NCBI GenBank assembly: GCA_021813945.1
Contig: JAKAJD010000002.1
Span: forward strand, 33,343-97,342
DNA length: 64,000 nucleotides
Reading direction: 5' to 3'
DNA from: a bacterium
GTDB taxonomy: Bacteria; Patescibacteriota; Microgenomatia; Curtissbacterales; GWA2-41-24
Positions 45,790 through 56,136 of this stretch are shown piece by piece (the first letter of the stretch is position 1; each line of letters opens with the position of its first letter). Under the pieces are notes generated by a model, which was not told the origin of the DNA, made no database searches, and saw nothing but the letters and a program-made list of their open reading frames with translations. The translations under genes and the position numbers were made by a program.

Positions 45790-46226
45790 AAATAACACCT
45801 CAAGCAGCAGTAGCTAATTTTATTGCGACCTTTTTACTTGTTGCCCTTATCATAACTCCCATTTACTTTGCCAAAAATTTTTCCCAGGTCGCTGGAGTCA
45901 AAACAGAATCTCGATATTTGCTAATATCCCAAACGGACAAATTCCCTAATATGACTTTCACGCAAAACAGCAACATATATCAGCTCTCATTCACTAAGCA
46001 AAGCCAAAATCAGGCATATTTGAGCGTTTTTATTATCAATAACCCCACTCAAAGTCCCCAAAAATACACTCTTAAAACTCAATCACCAGAAACGAACCTT
46101 TTTTTTGGCGATGACCTTAACAATTTACAAAATTCAGCTATTGCACCTCCCGGCTCATCAATTCCCATTAGTATCATAACCAAATCTACTTCTCAGTCTG
46201 ATCTGATATCATTTACCATCAACTAG
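45786..46226 (+). CDS. Hypothetical membrane-anchored protein
   Basis: ORF with 4-nt overlap to the upstream gene and an N-terminal TM. Confidence 0.4.
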   Translation: MKITPQAAVANFIATFLLVALIITPIYFAKNFSQVAGVKTESRYLLISQTDKFPNMTFTQNSNIYQLSFTKQSQNQAYLSVFIINNPTQSPQKYTLKTQSPETNLFFGDDLNNLQNSAIAPPGSSIPISIITKSTSQSDLISFTIN

Positions 46227-46265
46227 CTCAAGATAATTCAAGTCAAAAAGTCTAAAAGTAAAAAA

Positions 46266-47381
46266 TCACTGCAGATAATGAAGAAGCCTTGTCGGGAGAA
46301 TATCAGCGCCATAAATTACCACAAAAACCAAAAATACCCATACCACAACAGTTACAAGTAGCGGCGTGTCGGAAAGCAAAATTCTCTCTGGTGATTCACC
46401 TTCCTTTTTCTCATAAATTACATAAAGATATCTCATAACTCCATAAATCACAAAAGGTACACTTCCCATAAGCCATTTGGATGCCAAAAAGGTTCGAGGC
46501 AAATAGTCACCGAAAAGAACCAATACCTGAGGACCCGCAGAAGGAGGCGGTTGCAAAAAAGTAAACATTGTATACGAAAACCAGCAAGCTGTAGCAAACA
46601 TTACAGTCAAAGAATCCAAAAGTGTTTCGGGATAATGATGAAGAATTTCCCTTGTGTTAAGGTCCTTAACGCCTGCACCCAAAAGAAGTGTGCGCTCTGA
46701 TCGTCTTTTTCCTATGGCTAAAAATAATGCTAGAGAGGCAACCGTCAATATAAACCAGACGGTTACATGTGCGTCTATCAAAACTGCTCCGGTATAAACC
46801 CTTAGCAAAAATCCCGAAGCAATTGCCATCACATCAATTAAAATCAAAGATCTCAAAAACAAAGAGTAGGCTACTTGCAGTATTGCGTAAGCAAAAATAC
46901 CCCAAAAGAAAAAAGTTCCCAGCCCCCTAGCTAAAGTTAATGAGACCAAAACCAAAACCACAGCAGCAACGGATGCAACCTGGCGGCTAATTCTTCCTGC
47001 GGCAATGGGCCTTTTACTTTTAAAGGGGTGAGCTAAATCTGCCTTAAGATCTATGATGTCGTTCAGGATATAAATTCCCGAGGTCATCATCGAAAACACA
47101 AAAAAACCATAAATCGTCAGAAAAAATTTATCTGGATTAAAAAAGGCACCCTCAAATACGAGCGGTGCAAATATGGCGAGATTTTTTAACCATTGCCTGG
47201 GCCTTGCTGAAACAAGAACCCAAAATGGCAGCCATACTATGCCCGGCCCTTTGTTTGTAAATTGGTATTTAGCCAAACTAAACCTCCTAAAATTATTATA
47301 CCGATTAAGGCACCGGCAAAAACTTTCCCATTGCTTGGTAAAATTAGGGCAACGGCACCCAAAATAGCACACAAAAACCAA
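46266..47381 (-). CDS. UbiA-family prenyltransferase (decaprenyl-phosphate phosphoribosyltransferase-like, COG0382)
   Basis: RPRQWLKN, NDIIDLKADLAHPFKSKRPIAAGRIS (NDxxDxxxD), second D-rich motif. The annotated N-terminus overlaps the upstream gene by 145 nt, so the start is uncertain. Confidence 0.7.
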   Translation of the reverse strand: MVFVCYFGCRCPNFTKQWESFCRCLNRYNNFRRFSLAKYQFTNKGPGIVWLPFWVLVSARPRQWLKNLAIFAPLVFEGAFFNPDKFFLTIYGFFVFSMMTSGIYILNDIIDLKADLAHPFKSKRPIAAGRISRQVASVAAVVLVLVSLTLARGLGTFFFWGIFAYAILQVAYSLFLRSLILIDVMAIASGFLLRVYTGAVLIDAHVTVWFILTVASLALFLAIGKRRSERTLLLGAGVKDLNTREILHHYPETLLDSLTVMFATACWFSYTMFTFLQPPPSAGPQVLVLFGDYLPRTFLASKWLMGSVPFVIYGVMRYLYVIYEKKEGESPERILLSDTPLLVTVVVWVFLVFVVIYGADILPTRLLHYLQ

Positions 47382-48325
47382 TAAAACAAGGCAACTTGCC
47401 TTTGCGAAAAACCAATTTCCAAGAGTCTATGATGAAGATGACCCCTGTCTCCCAAAAAAGGAGATTTACCCGAAGCTATTCTTCTAATAACTGTAAAAAC
47501 ACCATCAGTTAAAGGCACTGCCATAACCAGAATTGCGGTTCCAACTTTTGCACCGGAAATAATGGAAAGAACAGCAATTAAAAATCCTAAAAAATATGAT
47601 GCCGAGTCGCCTGGAAAAATTTTTGCCGGATAAAAATTAAAGACTAAAAATCCCAGTGTTGCTCCGGCTCCTACTAAGGCGAGTTTGGCAACCATCATTT
47701 GTGTCGGGTCGACAAGCGAAAATCTTAAAGAAACAGCAAAGATTATAAAAAGAGCTACAAATGCAATGCCACCAAGTTGCCCGTCCACACCTGCCGAAAA
47801 GTTAACCATGTTAATAACCCAGATAATCCAAAAGACTGCAAAAAGATCTGCTATAACATAAATTGAATGGGTTCCAGCAAAATTGATTACAATTCTTAAT
47901 GTATCGAGCCTTATAATCTCTCCCAATCCAAAACCACCAAAAACATTAAGTGGGTTTGCAATAAAAGAAATTCCAATCCCAAATCCAACTACAACTAAAC
48001 TAGCGGCAATTTGCATTGCGAATTTAATCCATTTGCCCAAATCAGATCTATCGTCCCAAATACCTCCTAAAGTAAGAATAGCGCCTCCTAATAAAATTCC
48101 AGCGATTTGCTTCGTCGGACCTATCGTAAAAAGTACTGTAGCCAAAAATGAAAGAAAAATTGCCAAACCTCCCGCTCTAGGCACTGTTTTTTTATGAAGT
48201 ATGGCAGGATGCGCATGTTTTTTGGGATCATCAACCATTCCAAATTTTGTAGCAAATATCATGGTTACTGGAATTAAAATCAAAGAAAGCCCCAAAGCTG
48301 TTAAAAACAATAAAAAAAGACTCAT
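47237..48325 (-). CDS. Glycosyltransferase family 4 polyprenyl-phosphate sugar-1-phosphate transferase (MraY/WecA-like)
   Basis: ~10 TM helices, PRAGGLAIFLSF, and a DD-containing loop. Confidence 0.7.
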   Translation of the reverse strand: MSLFLLFLTALGLSLILIPVTMIFATKFGMVDDPKKHAHPAILHKKTVPRAGGLAIFLSFLATVLFTIGPTKQIAGILLGGAILTLGGIWDDRSDLGKWIKFAMQIAASLVVVGFGIGISFIANPLNVFGGFGLGEIIRLDTLRIVINFAGTHSIYVIADLFAVFWIIWVINMVNFSAGVDGQLGGIAFVALFIIFAVSLRFSLVDPTQMMVAKLALVGAGATLGFLVFNFYPAKIFPGDSASYFLGFLIAVLSIISGAKVGTAILVMAVPLTDGVFTVIRRIASGKSPFLGDRGHLHHRLLEIGFSQRQVALFYWFLCAILGAVALILPSNGKVFAGALIGIIILGGLVWLNTNLQTKGRA

Positions 48326-48756
48326 GCGATAAGTGAAATTATCTTGAAAAGATCATAAAAAGTAGCAATACCAACAACCAAAGCCGAAATAACCAATATT
48401 CTGTGCAAAAATCTATCCTCACCAAATATAGTAACTGCCAAAAGAAAATTTAAACTGCTAAAAATTGCAGTGGCTCCGGGTAAGATAAAAAGTTCATAAG
48501 GATTTGCAAGAACTGCCTCGCCCCATGGATGTGAATAAAAAAGCGGCAGTTGCGGCGGCAGCTTATGCCAAGAAACCAAAAGTAACAGAATTTGCAAAAC
48601 TACAGATCCCAGGCAAATAATAAATCCCCAAAAAAAGAATTTATCAGCCGCAAAATTTTTTTGAGCCTCCCGCCTAATTTCGAGTTTTCTGAATGGATTA
48701 TCTCTTATTCCCGAGCTGGTTGGAACGAAGGATGCATTTGCTTTTATATAACTCAT
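48322..48756 (-). CDS. Hypothetical small polytopic membrane protein
   Basis: ORF overlapping its neighbour by 4 nt; hydrophobic. Confidence 0.4.
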   Translation of the reverse strand: MSYIKANASFVPTSSGIRDNPFRKLEIRREAQKNFAADKFFFWGFIICLGSVVLQILLLLVSWHKLPPQLPLFYSHPWGEAVLANPYELFILPGATAIFSSLNFLLAVTIFGEDRFLHRILVISALVVGIATFYDLFKIISLIA

Positions 48757-48761
48757 AAAGT

Positions 48762-50252
48762 CTATCTTCCACTGTCCTTAACAAACACCTCAGCGCCGTT
48801 TATTTTTGCAACCGAAGTATACCTATTCGCAAGAAGCTTCTCAAGGCCTTCAAAATAACCTATCGAACTTTGGGGTTTGATGATATACGTTGGGGGATTT
48901 TTCTCTAGAGCTCGACTAACTTCCTCCTTGCCATTTGGAACTCCAAAAACATGAAACGAAGTCACGTATCTTGATGGGTTATGAAGATCTGCTATTGCAT
49001 AGAGCCAGGAAATATCTCCCCAAATATAAACCGATTTACCACTGGCCTTATTAAAATATAAAAAGTCAGAAAGTGCCATAATGGTATTAACATTTTTATC
49101 AAAAAAATCGTTATAAGCCCCTTCATTTTTGGCTCCTGTCGAATAGTCGACAAAATTGCGCCAATATCGAATCTGGTTAATCGGGCCGCCTGTTATAAAG
49201 TCCGAAAAAATTAATCTCGTCAGAAAAAGTAGTGGTATAAAAAAGCAAACCGCAAAAATTACCTTAGTTCTGTCGAGCTTAATTTTGGAAAAAGAAATTG
49301 AAGCCAAAAGAAGTGCGGTGCCTGGAGTTGCCTGGACCAAATAGTGTCCGTAAGTTCTCCCCGAAAAATAACTGCCTAAAAAAGAAATTGCCATCCACAG
49401 CAAAAAAAGGTGCCAAACTTCAACTTTTTTAAATTTAACTTTTTTGTAAAATCCATACAAAAAGGCCGCTAAAAGCGGCAAATATTTTGCAATATTTATA
49501 AGTTTCGCGTATTTAGGGCTTTCATTTAGGTAGATACGATAATATGTGTAAGCTGCGAATATGTAGTCACCGACTAGATGTTTTGGAGCAAAGTAGAAAA
49601 TTGTGACAATATATGGGATTAGAAACCCGAAAGTTAGTGCAAAACCCTTTTTAAAAAAATCAAAAAAATTCTCACTAGAAAGAAACAAAAACAACCCCAA
49701 AGCGCCAGCCTCAAATGCCCCAACCTGCTTATATAAAGACGCTATCGCAAATAGTATGCCTGCTAAAAAGCAAGATAACAAATCGAACTTTCGCTTAATA
49801 GCAACCATCATTGCAAGCGAAATTGGCAAGATCATAAATATCTCGGTTAAAGCCAAATCCCCTTCGATAAGCCTTAGTGATGTAATAAACCCAAAGATAC
49901 CGGCAGCCAAAAGCGCTCTTTTTTCGCCCAATACTTCTTGTGCAATTTCGTAAATCACAGCCGCAGTTGCAACTACCACCAAAGCTGCAACCAAATGCAG
50001 CCAAAACATCGAAACCCCGAAAACTTTAAAAATTGCCTGATATGTTAGATAAATCATCGGTGGTTTGTTATCCCAGGCAGTTTGGTACAAAACCCCTCCT
50101 TGATTTAAATTCCTCGCAACAGCAGCAAAAATACCCTCGTCTCCGTACCAGAATGGCTCAAAAATAGAAGGAAATCTCAAAAGAAATGTAGCAAAAAAGA
50201 TAAGGGAAAGAAAAATATGATGTGTCCTAAAATCTTTAACTAATTTTTTCAT
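48762..50252 (-). CDS. GT-C fold membrane glycosyltransferase (GT39/GT83, ArnT/PMT-like)
   Basis: Multi-TM N-terminal half with a DE-containing first loop (FWYGDEGIF) and a soluble C-terminal domain. Confidence 0.6.
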   Translation of the reverse strand: MKKLVKDFRTHHIFLSLIFFATFLLRFPSIFEPFWYGDEGIFAAVARNLNQGGVLYQTAWDNKPPMIYLTYQAIFKVFGVSMFWLHLVAALVVVATAAVIYEIAQEVLGEKRALLAAGIFGFITSLRLIEGDLALTEIFMILPISLAMMVAIKRKFDLLSCFLAGILFAIASLYKQVGAFEAGALGLFLFLSSENFFDFFKKGFALTFGFLIPYIVTIFYFAPKHLVGDYIFAAYTYYRIYLNESPKYAKLINIAKYLPLLAAFLYGFYKKVKFKKVEVWHLFLLWMAISFLGSYFSGRTYGHYLVQATPGTALLLASISFSKIKLDRTKVIFAVCFFIPLLFLTRLIFSDFITGGPINQIRYWRNFVDYSTGAKNEGAYNDFFDKNVNTIMALSDFLYFNKASGKSVYIWGDISWLYAIADLHNPSRYVTSFHVFGVPNGKEEVSRALEKNPPTYIIKPQSSIGYFEGLEKLLANRYTSVAKINGAEVFVKDSGR

Positions 50253-51616
50253 TGAGCCTTAAGTTTAAACCCATGATCTTTTATCTCAGTTGTGGGGCCT
50301 GGAGTCATCAAAAATACTTTGCCGCCAATGTCATCACTTAAAGTGACTTTACCGTCTAAAACGTATGTATCCAAAAGACTTTTTCCCGAAAACTGGACTA
50401 ATCCTTCAGGTAAAACCACTAGCTTATTGGTTAAGTTATTTCTTTCCTTATAATAAATTACTTCGGCAAAAGAAGGCAAAACCGTCACAATCGTATCACT
50501 GCTTTTAATTTTACTAACGACATTTTCGCTGTACTGCTCCCTAAAACCTCTAGGCTGGCTTGCAAAAGTTAAATAATCTATAACCAAACTTAAAATTAAA
50601 ATAAAACCAACACTAATTCTAAAAAGTTTCTCAGGTAATTTTTGAGATGCTTGCACAACTATCATCGAAAGTGGAATTGAGGCGCCAATTAAATATCTCC
50701 AGAAAAAAATGGGCCTGAAGGGAAACCTAACACCATCTATTTTTAGCCCTGGCAAAGAAGCCAGAATAAAGGGTACGATTGCCCATAACCATACCAAAAG
50801 ATAAGGTTTTTCAAATTTTTTATGGACTAGATGTTGAATTACACTTACAAGAAGAAGAATAATTGAAATCGAAAATAAAATAGTTCTCCAAATCGACTGA
50901 CTTTCGCCACCCAAAATTCGCTCGAATGCGTCAAAATACGTTTGTTTGAAATCAATAGGTGGAATCCAGTAGCTTGAGCCTACAGAGGCTATTTGGCCCA
51001 AAAGCACCTTAAGCCAAGGCAAAAAGAGAACCCCAATGATGGTATAAAGACCCATCATTCGCCAAAAAATTTTGCGATCAAAAAGTAAAAGATATAACCC
51101 CTGCGCTCCCAAGACAAACAGCATGTAGTAGTGGGTATAAACGCCTAAAGTGGTAAAAAGTATAAAAGAAACGGCTCGAAATTTATTGATTTTTTTTGAA
51201 AGCTCTAAAAGAAAAAAGACCGAACCGGTTGCGGCAAATGCAAACATTGTATAATTTCTAGCCTCAAATGCGTATCTAAAAAAAATAGGGTTTAGCGCCA
51301 CAACTGCTGCAGAAACAATACCGAACTGATGCCCCCTTACATAAGAGGCAAGCTTATAAACCATAAAAACTGTCAGAAAAAAGAAAACAATTGAGGGAAT
51401 TCTACTTATCACCTCTGTAGGCGGAAAAAATTTATACACAAGCTCAATTACGGTGTAATAACCAGGTGGGTGAAAATCCGCTGCAGTGGTTTTGAGCATC
51501 TGGTTATATGGTAGCCTTGAAATCATTGAGGTCCACGCCTCATCACCCCAAAATCCGCGGCTCAAATAGTTTTGGGCAAGTAAAGTAAACACACCTAGTC
51601 CTAAGTATATGCTCAA
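50249..51616 (-). CDS. GT-C fold membrane glycosyltransferase (GT39/GT83, ArnT/PMT-like), paralogue
   Basis: FWGDEAWT in the first loop, ~11 TM helices, and a 4-nt overlap with the downstream paralogue. Confidence 0.6.
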   Translation of the reverse strand: MSIYLGLGVFTLLAQNYLSRGFWGDEAWTSMISRLPYNQMLKTTAADFHPPGYYTVIELVYKFFPPTEVISRIPSIVFFFLTVFMVYKLASYVRGHQFGIVSAAVVALNPIFFRYAFEARNYTMFAFAATGSVFFLLELSKKINKFRAVSFILFTTLGVYTHYYMLFVLGAQGLYLLLFDRKIFWRMMGLYTIIGVLFLPWLKVLLGQIASVGSSYWIPPIDFKQTYFDAFERILGGESQSIWRTILFSISIILLLVSVIQHLVHKKFEKPYLLVWLWAIVPFILASLPGLKIDGVRFPFRPIFFWRYLIGASIPLSMIVVQASQKLPEKLFRISVGFILILSLVIDYLTFASQPRGFREQYSENVVSKIKSSDTIVTVLPSFAEVIYYKERNNLTNKLVVLPEGLVQFSGKSLLDTYVLDGKVTLSDDIGGKVFLMTPGPTTEIKDHGFKLKAQ

Positions 51617-51666
51617 AAATTCTCTCTGACAATTAACCTCCCCCTAAAATATGTATAATAAAATTA

Positions 51667-52368
51667 ATGCCCGTAAAAAGAAGCCAAAATAAAGAAAAAA
51701 ATTACAACCTTTCATCTTCTTGGATCATAAATAACACTTCAGGCCTTTTTTTTGGATTTATCTTAGTTTCAGCAGTTGGTTTAGTTTATAGTCTGGTTTT
51801 GTCAATGGACCCAGCACTTAAAGTTTCTGGCTATGCTGTTATATTTGCAGGCATACTTCAGGGTACAATTTTGGCTGAGTGGCAAATTAAAGCGCTCAAA
51901 AGCTCATTTCCGAAGATAAATGCGATAAATTGGATCCTCCTTACCGCAATAGCCTCGGGCTTGGTTTGGTTTTCTGTTATTGCCCTACCTGTATCTAAGA
52001 TTTTTCCAACCGTATCTCAAGAATCTACAAGACAAACTTTTGTTTATACTCAAGCTGCCAAATCATTAAGCATCGGTTTACTTTTCACCTCAACAATAAG
52101 CTTTCTTGCCGGCCTATTCTTAGGGTATATAGTTAGCTTTCTTCAGTGGCTTGAACTTGGAAGGCACGTTAAAACGTCATTTGCTTGGATTTTCTACAGT
52201 TCTCTGGCTTGGGCCTTTGGCTTCAGCTCAATCATAATTTTGTTAACTAAGCTTCCTTACACTAATCTATCAACCCTAGTCTTATCAGCTATACTAACTT
52301 TTCTAGTAAGTTCCTTTATCATTTCCATGGTATCTCTTTTAGGAGTGCTGGCTCTTAAGAAGAAATAA
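51667..52368 (+). CDS. Hypothetical polytopic membrane protein
   Basis: ORF; hydrophobic. Confidence 0.4.
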   Translation: MPVKRSQNKEKNYNLSSSWIINNTSGLFFGFILVSAVGLVYSLVLSMDPALKVSGYAVIFAGILQGTILAEWQIKALKSSFPKINAINWILLTAIASGLVWFSVIALPVSKIFPTVSQESTRQTFVYTQAAKSLSIGLLFTSTISFLAGLFLGYIVSFLQWLELGRHVKTSFAWIFYSSLAWAFGFSSIIILLTKLPYTNLSTLVLSAILTFLVSSFIISMVSLLGVLALKKK

Positions 52369-53454
52369 TTAGTGAGCCCCAGACAGCTCTTCCTTCCAGT
52401 CATTAAAACGTTTTGTCAGATCAATACTGTCAAGTGGGAAACTCCCTAAGTTAAATTTTCCAAATCCGTAATTTAAAAGAGTTGCCGCCGCCATGTCTCT
52501 ATCTTGGATAGAACTTGCTCCGGAGATTATGGCCATTAATTTATGCCCTTCACGCTCGGAAGTTACAATTGTTGAATAACCTGCATTTTCCGTATAACCA
52601 ATTTTTAATCCATCAACACCTGGATAAGTTCCCAAAAGGGCATTCCAGTTAGGTAAATCGTAAAGTTTATGATTTTGATTGGCATCAAGCTTCTTATATA
52701 AGTCAGAGGCAGCATTGGCAATATCAGGATAGTTCACTTTTGCATCATGGGCAATTATTGCCAAGTCGTAAACGGTTGAAAAGTGATTTGCATCATCAAG
52801 ACCCGTTGCTGTTACAAAATGCGAATCGGCAGCCCCTAATTTTGAAAGCTTAAAATTTACCAGGCCCATAAAGCCGGATAGGCCTATTCTGTATTCGGAC
52901 CCTATTGAATCTGCTATTGCTTGGGCCGCATCATTAGCACTTGTCATAATGGCTCCCCCTATAGCTTCATCCAATGTTAATTTTTCCCCAGTTTTTAATC
53001 CTAAAATTGTCGGGATTTGTCCGCTGGCATTGTCCGTTACGGAAATCAAATGTTCGCCTCTTGCCAAATCCAGTGCCGTTGTCACAGTCGCCAGCTTAGA
53101 AAGGGAAGCGGGAGCAATTTTCTGCTTTAGGTTCATCGACCATAAAACGTCTCCTGTGTCAAAATCTAAGATTGCACCCGCCTTAATAATCGGCAGTGTG
53201 TCCAAGTATTCACCGGAACCCCAGCCTTTTGGGTGCCAAGTTGAATCGCCTTTAATATTCGCCTGTGCGGCAACCAGTGTAGATTTACTATCCAGAACTG
53301 TAGCAGAGGTTCCTTTTTGCACACTTGGATTCACCACAAACATCAAAGCAATAAGCGCTGACATGATAAAAATTACCAAAATCCTTTTATTGAAAAACCT
53401 CAGTAAGTCTAAAAATCTAAAAAGCCTGTTTTGTAAAGTTGAAAGTGAAATCAT
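52369..53454 (-). CDS. dacA: D-alanyl-D-alanine carboxypeptidase (peptidase S11, PBP5/DacA-like)
   Basis: SxxK (ASLSKL), SxN (TSAND) and KxG (KIGYT) motifs, plus an N-terminal TM/signal. Confidence 0.75.
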   Translation of the reverse strand: MISLSTLQNRLFRFLDLLRFFNKRILVIFIMSALIALMFVVNPSVQKGTSATVLDSKSTLVAAQANIKGDSTWHPKGWGSGEYLDTLPIIKAGAILDFDTGDVLWSMNLKQKIAPASLSKLATVTTALDLARGEHLISVTDNASGQIPTILGLKTGEKLTLDEAIGGAIMTSANDAAQAIADSIGSEYRIGLSGFMGLVNFKLSKLGAADSHFVTATGLDDANHFSTVYDLAIIAHDAKVNYPDIANAASDLYKKLDANQNHKLYDLPNWNALLGTYPGVDGLKIGYTENAGYSTIVTSEREGHKLMAIISGASSIQDRDMAAATLLNYGFGKFNLGSFPLDSIDLTKRFNDWKEELSGAH

Positions 53455-54680
53455 AGCTTATACGCCAGTTCGCTTGGTGCAAATTTTTCCTTAAGAAGTG
53501 CCCATAAATTATTATCACCAGAATCATATCCCAAGGCCCATATTCCCACTCCCGCCAAATTCTTTTCTTTTGCAAAATCATACTTTAGGCCAAGCGAATT
53601 CTTGTCCTCCATATAGACAACATGCCATCCCTCATTGTCCCAATAGCCCCTCCATGAAACTTTAGCTGTGTTATCCCACCCTCCAACAGGAGTTGTCGCG
53701 AGAAGTTTTTCTGAGTCTGCCTTATCAGCTGTTGTTGGAGTGGCCTCTGTCCAGCTGACGCTATCTGAACGGGGTGACGGATTGTAAGCATAATAATTCC
53801 AGCCATAATAAGGAACGCCAAGAATAATTTTTCGGGGATCGGCTACTTTTATAAAATCGTCAACTGCAGTTGAAACATCATACCAGAATGGACCGTGGCC
53901 ATCGTTGTAACCATAAAGAGGCGCGGAAGGGCCAATAGATTTTGAATCTGGGGTGTAATAATCGTAAGCCATCATAAATATTCCATCAGTAGATTTTGAA
54001 AGAGATGAAATATCGTATATTTTATCGAAGCGTACTGATGATGCCAAAACCGAAACAGTCACATATGGGTTATTAAGCCGTTTATGGAGTTCTCCACTAT
54101 AAAATGCCATAAATTTAGAAAATTGTGATTTTAAAGAATCATCAGATGGAATATATTCGAAATCTATGTTCACGCCATCCAAATTTCGGCTTTTTAAAAC
54201 ATCTACAGAATCATCCGCAAGCCGGCTCCAAGCACTTTCGTCTCCCAAAAAAGTTTCAATATCGGCCGAATTCATTTGCGTTAAAGTAACAACTTTTCTA
54301 ACCTTATGGTCGTTCGCATTTTTGAAAAGGGAAGCAAGCCTTGGTCCATTAAAGGTTTCCCATTCGAAAGATGTTTTATCAATCGACCCGTCGGAATTAA
54401 CCGGCAGCGAAAAATATGCAAAAGTTGTAAGAGTATTCCAATCCACGTTATCTAACTTATCCAACAACCAGAAAGGTGCAAAACCGAAAACTTCGCTAGA
54501 TTTATGCACTACTGGCTGCAAATGAAGCATGCCCTGAATACTTTTGTTTTTTGAGATCAATAATGAACCCAAAAAATATGTTCCAATGATCAAAACCGCA
54601 ACCAGGATAAAAAGCCCAAAAAAAAAGATTCTCCGGAGGGGATCTGGCAGATTTAAGTCCATGAGTTGCGACTTTACCAA
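53451..54680 (-). CDS. Glycoside hydrolase family 18 (chitinase/YaaH-like) protein, membrane-anchored
   Basis: LDGVNIDFEY matches the DGxDxDWE catalytic motif. Confidence 0.65.
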   Translation of the reverse strand: MVKSQLMDLNLPDPLRRIFFFGLFILVAVLIIGTYFLGSLLISKNKSIQGMLHLQPVVHKSSEVFGFAPFWLLDKLDNVDWNTLTTFAYFSLPVNSDGSIDKTSFEWETFNGPRLASLFKNANDHKVRKVVTLTQMNSADIETFLGDESAWSRLADDSVDVLKSRNLDGVNIDFEYIPSDDSLKSQFSKFMAFYSGELHKRLNNPYVTVSVLASSVRFDKIYDISSLSKSTDGIFMMAYDYYTPDSKSIGPSAPLYGYNDGHGPFWYDVSTAVDDFIKVADPRKIILGVPYYGWNYYAYNPSPRSDSVSWTEATPTTADKADSEKLLATTPVGGWDNTAKVSWRGYWDNEGWHVVYMEDKNSLGLKYDFAKEKNLAGVGIWALGYDSGDNNLWALLKEKFAPSELAYKL

Positions 54681-54736
54681 GTGAAAACTTGCATGTCAAA
54701 TTTTAGCTTCAAGGCCAAAAACGATATAATCAATAT

Positions 54737-54994
54737 ATGGATGTACCAAAAGGTGAACCGGAGAAAATCGCCGATATAACAGCTAGAAAAATAATCGACC
54801 TCATTGGCCGCCCCGCTCCTGTCAAACGAATCCGAAATAGCCAACTCGCATCTGCAATCTTAGGGGCGGTAGGTTTTGCTCTTTTTATGAGCGGAGCAGG
54901 TAGAATCCTCGGTGATATTTCGCCACTCACTTCAATTTTTTTGGGAATTTTAGTAATGGTTATTGCAGGGGTTCTATTTCAAAAACTTCAATAA
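54737..54994 (+). CDS. Hypothetical small membrane protein
   Basis: ORF with a C-terminal hydrophobic helix. Confidence 0.3.
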   Translation: MDVPKGEPEKIADITARKIIDLIGRPAPVKRIRNSQLASAILGAVGFALFMSGAGRILGDISPLTSIFLGILVMVIAGVLFQKLQ

Positions 54995-55043
54995 CTTCAA
55001 TAACTTGTCTGCCAAGCCTAGGTAAATATTGATTGAATCGTTT

Positions 55044-56093
55044 TTAATTTTCAGGTCTCCACTCACCAGTAGTAAAATCAAGCCCTTTTTTCCCTATATT
55101 TAGCCAATACTTATTTTCTTCAGCGCTAATGTAGTTATTTGAATCAGCCGCACTTGCCCCAATAACATTCATTGCATGTGCAAGTCTCACAAAAAGAGGT
55201 AAAGTTTTTAGCTCATTTTCGCTTAAGCTAATCCCGGCTTTCTGATACTCACTAAGCGCCCATGAGTACATGTCTGGAAATTTTTCAGGATCTTTGGGAT
55301 CAAACAGAAGGTCGCTGCACAGTACAGCCAAGTCGACAATCCGTGGATACCAGTTAGCAACAGAAAAATCAATAATATAAATTTTTCCGTCACTATGCCT
55401 CATAACGTTTGTCGATCTAATGTCTCCGTGAACAAAAGCTTGTGGCAAATCATCTGGCCTGACTAAACTCAATTCGCCCAGCAAACTTTCAATAGTTTGC
55501 CTTTGTCTTTCTTCGATTCGCTCTTTATTTTTCTGGTAAGTTTCTGAAGCATTCGTTATTGCCCACGAGTCTTTTACAGGTGTTGGTTGATATTGGCAAC
55601 TGTTAATTTTGGCAGTTTCTTGAACTACTGCAGCCAGCTCATTTGTACTCAATTGCTCTTGGCTTTCCCACACATTTCCTCCATCTAAATATTCCATAGT
55701 ACATACCCAAACATCACTGTCGCCAATAGATATAGTTGTTAAAGGGGAATGTTCACTATTTGAGTAAATAAACGGAGTTGTTACCTTGCCCCTTCCTAGA
55801 GCTGCTTGAATCATCTCGATATACCTAACGCATTCTTCTTGGCTTCTCCAAGCTGCAAAACATTTTGTGAAGAATTTTCCGTTTGAAGTTTCTAAAACTA
55901 AATTAAAATCTTCGTAACCGTTCTGTTTTATTTCGTGACCTACATAGCTGCCAAAATCATAATTTGCTACAACAGCCTCCATGAATGGTTTTAAATCACC
56001 ATGATAGGCAATTCGTTCTTGAGAACCGATACCTGGATAACTTGAAGGGTGTCTCTCAATTTTTCCAAAGCTCATTGTTGGATCAAATATCAA
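55044..56093 (-). CDS. Aminoglycoside/choline-kinase-like phosphotransferase (APH family)
   Basis: VHGDIRSTNVM and IIDFSVANW (Brenner and DFG-like motifs). Confidence 0.65.
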   Translation of the reverse strand: MIFDPTMSFGKIERHPSSYPGIGSQERIAYHGDLKPFMEAVVANYDFGSYVGHEIKQNGYEDFNLVLETSNGKFFTKCFAAWRSQEECVRYIEMIQAALGRGKVTTPFIYSNSEHSPLTTISIGDSDVWVCTMEYLDGGNVWESQEQLSTNELAAVVQETAKINSCQYQPTPVKDSWAITNASETYQKNKERIEERQRQTIESLLGELSLVRPDDLPQAFVHGDIRSTNVMRHSDGKIYIIDFSVANWYPRIVDLAVLCSDLLFDPKDPEKFPDMYSWALSEYQKAGISLSENELKTLPLFVRLAHAMNVIGASAADSNNYISAEENKYWLNIGKKGLDFTTGEWRPEN

Positions 56094-56136
56094 ATATCAA
56101 GCATTCTCAGTTACTCTATTCACAGAAAGGGTCTAG

